64,000 bases of DNA from Octopus sinensis (Eukaryota). Positions 54,077 through 64,000 of the stretch are shown one piece after another. How positions within the stretch are numbered: position 1 is the stretch's first letter; each line of letters opens with the position of its first letter. The stretch lies in contig NC_043008.1 of NCBI RefSeq assembly GCF_006345805.1, positions 67,332,001 to 67,396,000 on the forward strand, in the 5' to 3' direction. The position numbers and the translations under genes are program-made. The notes under the pieces are model-generated. The model ran no database searches. It saw only the letters and a program-made list of their open reading frames with translations, and was not told where the DNA came from.

Positions 54077-54199
54077 AATTCACGAATTACATACATATAG
54101 TTTTTAACACATAACACGAGTTGTGGTCTCTACAATATATTATGCAGTTTTAAAAACAGAACCACACAAATATGTGTGTGTGTGTGTGGTGTAACAAAA

Positions 54200-55382
54200 T
54201 TACCTTGACAGAAGCGAGATACGAACTCACGTTTTCAGAGACGTTTTGGTTACCAATAAGTAGATGAATCGGTTATATAAATTAGGTAGGTATATACACA
54301 CTTTATACGTATCATACACACAATGTCAATTTAAAAGAAAATACTATCAACTTATAGACATTATAAATAACAACATACACGTGTTTGAGCGAATACAATT
54401 GATGTTCTTCACGTTTGTTAGTACAAGCAAGGTTTCCAAAACGTTTGATACGAGGTTTCGTGGAACTTTATCCAACAATTTACTTCCGGATTTCTGGAAA
54501 TTGGTGCAGATTTCAAATTTCGAAAATACAGACAGACATCAACAGCTACGATCCTGGTGGTAATTCTGAAATTGCTTCAAGTCATTTGTGTTGTCTAATA
54601 CAATCAATTAATAATTTTAATCAGTAGAAATACGTGTGTTTCGAAGTTTCGCTTATTACGTATTATTTCGGTATAATTATATATATGTATATATATACAC
54701 ACACATAGAAGTTACAGTTGTATAACTGTAAGTTCGACTTTAAGAGTTTGTTATAAAGAAAGATCAAATAATCACAAACTTTTTTGTTACTGTATTACAC
54801 GAATTTGTGCAAAGAGGGCCATCTATTTCCAAAACGATTGTAAATGTTCAGTATGAGCTCAACCGGCATTAACTCCACGACATCAAAGACGTGTGTTACA
54901 CGGCATAAAACGTTTATAATTCTTTTCTTTCTTCTTTAAAGAAATACTTTGCAATGTTATTTCATTCACCAAGGGCATTCCTGATATGTGTTCTACTTAT
55001 CGTCTCCAATAAACGAAAAGGAAATTAAATATAAGGTAATGAGATGGATATTCAAATCAAAGCGGTGTCATTTAGAAATGTAAAAATTAGAAAATAGGTT
55101 CGTGTGTAATAACGACCTGTTGTTATTGCTTCTCATTTTTTTTTTTTTCCGAATCTGATTATTTCATAGATGAATTGTAACGGTGAAACAGATATTTTAA
55201 GTAACAACAATGATAATAAAAATAAGAATATTAAGAAGAATACGAATACCGCGAGATTTCAAACTGAATAGTGATGACAAAATTGATCAGTCGCCCTTAC
55301 ATATGCATATATATGTATATATATATATATATATATCATATACGTATTTGGTTTTAGACGTAATGCATTATATATATGTATG

Positions 55383-55418
<36 letters not shown>

Positions 55419-56110
55419 TAAATGTGTGTGTGTAAGTTTATAATTTGTGCGTAACTTGTATGTGTTTGTACTTGTTCTGCTTCCTGCTTTTTCTCCTGAA
55501 AACGAAAAGACAAGCAGTCATCCCTTAAAAAGAAAAGACAGCAGTTCCACAGCAGTTAATCGCACACACATGCAACTACTTGTTGTATTATATAATATTT
55601 ATGGTTACGTTATACTTTGTGCAAAGCCAAACAACAGAATATAGAAGCAAACCGTTAGCGAGACGGCGAAAAAAATTCAAGCGAGTAATTGTCGCTCCCT
55701 TCTACCACAGTTTCCTTATACGAAATGGTCCCGCTTCCGCTTTGGAACACAAATAATGGTGACGTAGAACGCATCTTCAACATTATAATCTTTCCGATTC
55801 CTTAATTGCTATTTGTTTACTATGTCGTTGTTATTGTTGCTATTTCTCACTAAGTCATCCCTGACTCAGGGACACCTATAACCGAAGGCATTGTATTTCT
55901 TTTTACTTTTGGGGGCTGTGGGATCCGCCACTTAATTGTGTTCTTTGTGAGCTGAGCTTTTGTGCGCGCGCACGTTTTAGAGCTGAGAAGGAAGATACGA
56001 TGTGGGCACACACGGGTTTCAAAATGAAATTGAATTTTTTTTATTCGTGAAATTTGAGTACAAATGTATACATTCTTTGCAAAGAACGTCAAATCTCTGC
56101 ACATTCACGC
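54200..56110. promoter_or_regulatory. CpG-rich, SINE-free promoter-like region upstream of the Lark/RBM4-like ORF
   Basis: CpG density is visibly higher than in flanking DNA. Contains ETS-like CTTCCG and CRE-like TGACGT at about 55730-55770, AP-1 TGACTCA at 55862-55868, and a possible minus-strand 5'UTR donor AAG|GTAATT at 54203. Confidence 0.5.
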
Positions 56111-56313
56111 TACAAAAAATTAGAAAGAACATTGATCTTGCCCCTTTTTTAAAAACAAGTTGGACGTACTGAATAATATATATATGTATATATGTAGGCG
56201 ATCTAGAGACGAAAGATTGCCTATATGTATATTATGTATATGTATGTATATATATATGTATGTATGTATGTCTGTATGTATATGTATCGTTATATGTATG
56301 TGTGTATACATAC

Positions 56314-56419
<106 letters not shown>

Positions 56420-56820
56420 GTATATGTATACATATATATGTATATGTATACATATATATGTATATATGTATATGTATACATATATATGTATATACATATA
56501 TATGTATATATATATATATGTATATGTATACATATATATGTATATATATATATATGTATATGTATACATATATATGTATATTTATATATATGTATATGTA
56601 TATATATGTATATATATATATGTATATGTATATATGTATATGTATATATATATGTATATATACTCTTTTACTCTTTTACATGTTTCAGTCATTTGACTGC
56701 GACCCCAGGACTTATTCTTTGTAAGCCGAACTGCTAAGTGACGGGGACGTAAACACACCAGCATTGGTTGTCAAGCAATGCTAGGGGGACAAACACAGAT
56801 ACACAAACACATACACACAC

Positions 56821-56857
<37 letters not shown>

Positions 56858-57033
56858 ATATACATATATACGACAGGCTTCTTTCAGTTTCCGTCTACCA
56901 AATCCACTCACAAGGCATTGGTCGGCCCAGGGCTATAGCAGAAGACACTTGCCCAAGATGCCACGCAGTGGAACTGAATTCAGAACTATGTGGTTGGTAA
57001 GCAAGCTACTTACCACACAGCCACTCCTGCACC

Positions 57034-57075
<42 letters not shown>

Positions 57076-57080
57076 TATAT

Positions 57081-59524
57081 CGGATTTCTACTTTCATCAA
57101 AAGCCAGTGATACTCTCTTGAGTATAGAGTCAATCTCACCTGGAATTGTGGTGCTTGAGATAGATGGAAACCTGAAAACAACATTGGTATGTGTGTATAG
57201 CCCACATAATTCGTCTGTGGCAGACGAGATTGAGAATTTTTATACAACCCTTCGTTCAACCATTGAGCAAGTACCTCTCCATAATTTTCTAGTCATAGCT
57301 GGTGATCTGAATGCTAGACTAGGACCCGATGAGACCAAGTTTACTTTCAACTCTAAAACTAATTGGAACGGAGAAATGCTCAAAGACTTCTTGGAGGAAT
57401 TTAATCTCTACACCTCCAACAATTCTTTTATGAAACCAAAAGGTCAACTTTGGACATTTGAGTCCCCACTTGGTGATAGGGCACAAATTGACTACCTCAT
57501 CTTTCGAAAGAAGTGGCGCAATAGTGTTAAAAACTCGAGATCCTACTCTTCCTTTAGTTCTGTCGGCTCTGACCACAGAATTGTATCAGCTACCGTTAAG
57601 CTTAGTCTTCGCTCATCCAAAAAAGCTAAGCCTCACCCGATGAAAACAATCGACTGGGAGGAAGTCTTATCTAACCCCGATATGTCCAAACAATTTACTA
57701 TTGAGGTCTATAACACATTTCAATCTTTGTCTACTTCTGAAATAGATGCTGAGAACATTGAAGAAGTATACAGCAGCCTCATCAAATCAACAGTGGAAGT
57801 TGTACTGGCTACTCTTCCCAAAAAGAAGAGTAGGGGCCAGAGCACACCTTCTAATTCCCCAAATGTCATCGAAGCTAGAAACCATCTAAAGTCTATATCA
57901 CTAGCTTACCACCGTTCTCCATCCCAGTCACTGAAGATCCAACTCATAGCTGCCAAGAAGAATCTTGATGAGGCTTACTTGAACGCCGAGGTCGACTTTA
58001 TCAATGGCAAAATTAGTAAACTATCCAAAAAGCACATTAGTAAAAAACACCATCTCACCTGGAAATCCATCAAAGACCTATCAGGCAAAAATTCTGGGTC
58101 ATCAATTAGAATTAAAGGGGGATCAGCTAAGAAGCGTTTAGAAAATTGGTCAACCCATTTTAAAAACCTCCTTGGGAAGAATGCCAAAATCCCTGATAAC
58201 TCCACTCTTCCAAGTGTGCCTATATCAGACACGCTGGACATCAACACCTCCCCTTTTACCATATTTGAACTAACAGCAGCCACCAAGCAACTAAAAGTCT
58301 CGAAAGCATTTGGTCCTGACAACATCCCAGCTATAATTTAGAAGGATGATAGATTTCACACACTTTTGCTCAACCTCTGGAATCACACACTTTCCACCTT
58401 TGTCGCTCCAAAGATTTGGCACCAATCTCAAATCATCCCAATACCCAAAAAAGGCGATTAATCCCTCGTCACCAACTACAGGGGTATATCTCTAATGTCA
58501 ATTGCTGCAAAACTGTACAACAAACTGATCCTAAATCGTCTTGTCCTTTTTGTTGAACCTTTGCTCCGAAAGAATCAAAATGGATTCAGACATGGGCGCT
58601 CAACGCTGAGCCAGATACTATGCCTACGCAGACTTATTGAAGAATCAAAAGCATTTAATCGCGATCTTGCAATGGTATTTGTAGACTTTTCTAAAGCGTT
58701 CGTTTCTGTAGATAGGTACAAGATGTTTGAAATCCTTAAGCTCTATGGGATACCAGACAAAATCATTTCTGCCATCAAGGTCTTCTACACAGATACGTCT
58801 TCAACCATCTTAACCATTGACGGAGAAACATCATCTTTCTCAATCAAAGCCGGAATACTGCAGGGAGACACACTCGCCCCATTTCTTTTCATCATTGTTG
58901 TTGATTATGTGCTACGTATGTCAGTTGATACCATCTCTGGCAAGGGCTTTGAAATAAAACCAAGAAGAAGTTCCAGACACCCAGCTGAGTACTTGACAGA
59001 CACTGACTTTGCTGACGACATCGCTCTTATCAGTGATTCTCTCTCCAATGCCCAGTCTATTTTACAATCTCTTGAACAAGCTTCAAATTGTGTAGGTCTT
59101 TACCTCAATGAGGCCAAGACTGAATACATAAACAAGTGCCTGTCCAACAGTGATTGCATCATCCACACTCTCAACAGTGCACCTTTAAATATGGTTTCTG
59201 ATTATAAATATCTTGGGTCATACATATTATCATCTGGAAAAGACTTTCTAACTAGAAAGGGTATGGTCTGGTCAGCCTGTAATGACATGCATAAGATCTG
59301 GTCATCAAATCTAAGTAGAGACTTCAAACTTGAAATCTTCAAAGCCACAGTCGAACCAATTCTACTATATGGCTCAGAAACCTGGACGTTATCAAAGAAG
59401 CTTGAGAGGCGGTTGGATGGAACCTACACTCGCCTCCTTATGGGAGCTCAAAATCTCTCGTGGAAGTGCCATCCAACCAAAATGTAAATATATGGGAAAC
59501 TACCACCTGTGTCATCTCTTGTGA
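57081..59524 (+). mobile_element. RTE-type LINE fragment (APE endonuclease plus reverse transcriptase) with three in-frame stops and no frameshift
   Basis: APE motifs VCVYSP, AGDLNARLG, IDYL and SDHR. RT motifs NYRGISL, QNGFR, FVDFSKAF, GILQGD, FADD, YKYLG and LLYGSETW. ORFs 57037-58341 and 58495-59487 share one frame. Stops at 58339, 58459 and 59485. Confidence 0.93.
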
Positions 59525-59733
59525 GTGGATTTGGTAGACGGAGGCTGAAAGAAGCCCGTTGTATATATATATATATATATAGGAAAAAAGCAACAAGAAT
59601 GGATTAAAATATCGGTACAATTGTTTCGTACAAGGACATCTTTAATAAGCTACAAAAAATGCAGTAAATATAGATTCCCAAACATCAAAAGGGGTAGATA
59701 CAAATGAGAGTGTAAGTTTAACTGCATTGAAGA

Positions 59734-60260
59734 AAGTTCGATTCCTGGAGATCCGACGAAAGGTCTTGAACTTACAGAATTTGTGCATGTCCATATATAG
59801 CTCATAGTGAATTGTTAAGTTATGTGAAGAAATTTTGGATACAGCCATGCAAAATTTCTGAGAATCCGAGTAAGAAGCAAAGTGACTGTCATATCGTGTA
59901 GAGGAACAGATTGTTATTGAAATTTACAAGAATCACAGATAAGTTCGATTCCTGGAGATCTGATGAAAGGTCTTGAACTTACAGAATATGTGCATGTCCA
60001 TACAGTTCATAGTGAATTATTAATCAAGTTATGTGAAGAAATTTTGGGTACGATCGTGCGAAAATTTCCCTGAAATTTTTGCATGATCGTACCCAAAATT
60101 TCTTACATATTCTGTAAGTTCAAGACCTTTCATCGGATCTCCAGGAATCGAACTTATCTGTGATTCTTGTAAATTTCAATAACAATCTGTTCCTCTACAC
60201 GATATGACAGTCACTTTGCTTCTTACTCGGATTCTCAGAAATTTCGCATGACTGTATCCA
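59734..60260. repeat. Direct repeat (about 207 bp) plus fold-back inverted repeat
   Basis: 59734-59836 recurs at 59941-60047. 60073-60260 is the reverse complement of 60037-60067 plus 59836-59991. Confidence 0.9.
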
Positions 60261-61230
60261 AGGAGTGTCAGTTATGTAGTGATAGAGTCTAAGGGATATA
60301 AACAAATGTGCATTTTGCACAAAAAGCCAATATGAGAGTAAAGTTTGCTCTAACAGAATATCCACATTTAAGTGGGAATAAATATTACCTGTAGATGTAG
60401 CTGTTAGGAATATCTGGAGCTTTAAATATTAAACTACTATCTTGTAGGCACCATCAACGATTAAGTTCTGAGCTAATGGTTTCCACGCCAAACCTTTTCC
60501 TGGTCATCCATTCATTATCACAGTTTTCTTCTTGGAAAATGTTACAAATTTTTTCATTATATTTCATTCTGGTTCTTTTTACCAACATCGAGTTATCCAG
60601 GGTCTATATTTACCTATAGTACAAAAGAAGCTATACGCTTCCGGCCAGCAATGTCTGAGAGATCGGTTGCATAAAACGCTGGACAAATTTTTGATACTTT
60701 TAAAATTAGAAAAAGCTGCAAACCTAGGTGTCGTCGCCCGTAACGCAGAGAAAAGCGAAAAATCAATAATTATAGGGGTTCGGTCGGCTGCTATGACTTT
60801 GTGCCGGTCACAGTCGAGACATCAGTTGTTCTCGGACCCCTTACTCTTGATTTCCCCCGCAAAATAGGGCTAACGGTGGCCCGTCGGAGAAATGAGCTCC
60901 ACGGGGTGGAATGGCTGCTGTAACGGGTGTCGTTGGTCATTCGCCACGGCAACGCCATCGCCGTCAAGACCATGGTTGAGCACCTCGCTTGTTCTGGGAT
61001 ATATGGTCAATCGCTCTACCTCCATTTCTGTTGCTTTACCACCCCTTTTTTTTTTGCTGTTTCTTTGTAAAAAACGCCGTATTTCAATAATAGGCATTCA
61101 TTCCTTTCTTTTAGTGATTCCTCTCTTTCTCCCATCCTTCCTTTCCTTCTCTCTCTCTCTACTCTTATTTTTCTTGCTTTTTATCTTAATCTTTTTCTTT
61201 CTTTCTTTCACGTATGTTCTCATATATATA

Positions 61231-61396
61231 TATATAATATAATTCGAGACAAAACCACTATTTTAAAACCAAACAAGGAAAGACTTAATCAATACATAAA
61301 ATTTTAATATAAATTTATATTAAAATTTTATGTATTGATTAAGTCTTTCCTTGTTTGGTTTTAAAATAGTGGTTTTGTCTCGAATTATATTATATA
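61231..61396. repeat. Perfect 166-bp palindrome with no spacer
   Basis: 83-bp arms, spot-checked as complementary at the centre (61313/61314) and both ends. Confidence 0.95.
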
Positions 61397-61473
61397 ATAT
61401 TTTACTATAAAATTGGATTTAACCCTAAATCTGATTTTTCCCTGTAATTTTGGATTCATTCCCTAATATTTAT

Positions 61474-61532
<59 letters not shown>

Positions 61533-61564
61533 TATATATAAATATGTGTGTGTGTGTGTATGTG

Positions 61565-61604
<40 letters not shown>

Positions 61605-63079
61605 AAACACAATCATTTAGTCTTGGTTAAGGAAAATGTCTTATTAGTGAAAGGAGATAACTCAGGTATCAAGTCTATAGAGTTACTTCCCCTGATGGAA
61701 AAAAAAAAAGATATCAACAGATTGCATTACGGAGGAAGTGAGGTAAGGGTGGAATCCGAATCAAGTGCGTTCTCTACCCAGAGAAGCCAGAAAAGGAGAA
61801 GGCTCAGAAGAACAAGAAGTAGTTGGGGAGAAGGAGAAGAATGATAAGGGAGAGAATGAGATGAAAAAGCGTAAAGAAAAGAAGAACGAGAAGTAATACA
61901 AGAAGAAATAGATAATTAGAAGAATGAAGCTGAGAGGGCTAAGATACTAACTAGACTTCCACCGTCATTCACACTTTTGTACATATGTATGCATACATAC
62001 TTATATACACAGACAAATAAACAGAGAACTATACATACATGAACATTAAGGCGGCGAGCTGGCAGAAACGTTAGCACGCTGGGGGAAATGCGTAGCCGTA
62101 TTTTGTCTGCCGTTACCTTCTGGGTTCAAATTCCGCCGAGGTCGACTTTGTTCTGGATATATGGTCAATCGCTCTATCTATAATATGTACATACATGAAC
62201 ATGAGTTGCTTATACTGTTAAGTGCTTTGTAGCTGCGAAACGCATGGTCACTGTATGACCGTCCATAACTTTTGCCTTCCTAAAAAATACATTACTGCTC
62301 TAATGATTTAGAGTGTGTTTCCCGGCGAGGCACCGTGTCCTCGTTGCTCCAGTCCTAGCTGGCAAAAACAAGTAGTACCTGTATTTCAAAGGGCCAGCCT
62401 TGTCACACTCTATTTTTTGACTCTGTGTCATGCTGAAGATCCCTACGTTAAGAGTACAGATATCCGTGGAGTGCTCAGCCACGTGCACGTTAATTTCACG
62501 AGCAGGCTGTTTTGTTGATCGGATCAACTGGCACCCTCATCATCGTAAAAGAATGATGGAGAGGATGAGACAAAAGGGAAGGAGAGGCATTAAATATTTA
62601 AAAATAAATCGTCAGGGAAATAGTATCAATAAGACTGATTCATAAATATAGGGCTGGTTAAAGAGTGACCTCCAATTAGAACCCCACTGCAGTAACGATG
62701 TGCACTTCTTGCCGTACCCCATCAGAGCTAAAACATCGCAGCGTATTAATTAATATTTATTAGCATTGTTATTAAAATAAATATGAGTCTATAGGGTGAG
62801 GCTTATATTTGAAGCAAATGTAGGAAGTTTATTTCCTACTGAAAATTTACTAAATTAATATCGAAACCAGTTTAACTGTGATAACCAACACTAGTATTTA
62901 TCAAAAATGTGTAAAAATAATAGTACAGTTTTATTTAGAACAGGAGTCAAAATACCAATTACAGAAGGTAAGAAGAAATTCACACGTTAACCCTAAAACT
63001 ATAAACTTAAGAGAACAAGCAAAATGCATCGAAGTAAAAATTGTTTTTATAAAAGAAATGCTTTGTTTTGTGAAAGTAA

Positions 63080-63111
<32 letters not shown>

Positions 63112-63334
63112 TGTATGAGTGTGTGTGTTTGCCCCCCCCCATCGCTTGACAACCGATCCCGTGTGTTTACGTCCCGCGTAACTTAGCGGTTCGGCAAAAA
63201 CCCCACCTCAGATAGAATACGTAGTAGGCTTACAGAGAATAAGTACTGGGGTCGATTTGTTCGACTAAAGGCGGTGCCCCAGCATGGCCGCAGTAAAATG
63301 ACTGAAAGAAGTAAAAGAGTATATATATATATAT

Positions 63335-63464
63335 ATTTACATATGTCCTCATCTTGTTTGTTGTTAACACAACGTTTTGGCTGATATACTCTCCAGCTTT
63401 CATCAGCTGTGTGGGGGGAAATTTCGAACCTGGATTCCCATTGCTAAGGTATTTTTCGATGTTG

Positions 63465-63524
<60 letters not shown>

Positions 63525-63790
63525 CCACTGCCTGGAATCGAACACGGAATCTTGGGGTTAGTAGTCCGCGCTCTTAATCACTACGTCATATGCCCGTGAT
63601 CTGAATAATAATAACAATAACAATAATAATAACATCGAAAAATACCTTAGGAATGAGAACCCAGGTTCGAAATTTCCCCAAAGCACCTGATGAAGGCTGG
63701 AGGGCATATCAGCCGAAACGTTGTGATAATAACAAACAAGACGAGGACAAATATCCGTCAAATGTAAATAATGTACATAATTCCTCTCTC
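63335..63790. mobile_element. tRNA-headed, hammerhead-containing SINE-like element: a minus copy (63595 to about 63335) fused head-to-head with a 5'-truncated plus copy (63596 to about 63790)
   Basis: The minus strand begins GGGCATATGACGTAGTGATTAAGAGCGCGG...GTTCGATTCC (A and B boxes), then (AAT)n, then a tail with a degenerate hammerhead at 63368-63410. The plus copy repeats the (AAT)n and tail. Confidence 0.7.
63684..63725 (+). ncRNA. Minimal type I hammerhead ribozyme motif (Penelope type)
   Basis: CAC-CTGATGA-A-GGCTG-gagggcatat-CAGCC-GAAA-CG-TT-GTG. Stem I CAC/GTG, stem II GGCTG/CAGCC, palindromic stem III (AACGTT). Predicted cut after GUU at 63722. Confidence 0.8.
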
Positions 63791-63828
63791 TTAAATACAG
63801 AACTGAAAATTTGAATTGTTTCCAAAGG

Positions 63829-63878
<50 letters not shown>

Positions 63879-64000
63879 CGCGTATATATTAATGATGCAC
63901 ATGAATACATGGCAGGTATACATAATACTGAAGTACGCATAAAGTAAACACATGCAGCGAATATATTAATATAAGAAATTAAAAAAAAAATGATAAAAGC

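Noticed and set aside
53221-54117. Overlapping ORFs in other frames of the Lark-like gene
   Set aside because: Shadow ORFs of the real coding sequence.
59941-59985. CTGATGA..GAAC as a hammerhead
   Set aside because: The second box is GAAC, the other copies read CCGACGA or CCGATGA, and no valid stem I or NUH triplet was found.
60532-61097. ORFs of 60-116 aa in the CpG-rich repeat
   Set aside because: No recognisable domain on either strand, with stops in all extended frames.
63521-63595. tRNA gene (also the heads at 14796, 19594, 24840)
   Set aside because: The acceptor stem does not pair and the sequence runs into repeat bodies. These are SINE heads.

Overview
Eukaryotic, AT-rich, very repeat-dense genomic DNA. 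The SINE families, TA/TG microsatellite load and gene content suggest an octopod cephalopod (inference). Two host genes can be read. The last five coding exons of a PTAR1 orthologue lie on + (2369-8975) and splice into one continuous frame. An intronless Lark/RBM4-like gene on - (53195-54076) has only one RRM plus a CCHC knuckle and lies beside a CpG-rich promoter-like region. The rest is mostly mobile DNA: four or more SINE families, a frame-intact RTE-type LINE fragment, Penelope-like (GIY-YIG) relics, pogo, mariner and Tc1 remnants, TTAA-flanked piggyBac-type MITEs and Helentron-like elements. The main unexplained signal is a set of hammerhead ribozyme motifs. One lies just downstream of a Penelope GIY-YIG ORF and one sits in a tRNA-headed SINE-like element arranged as an inverted pair. 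Several long fold-back palindromes accompany them. All coordinates were read by eye, repeat boundaries are approximate, and no database search was run.
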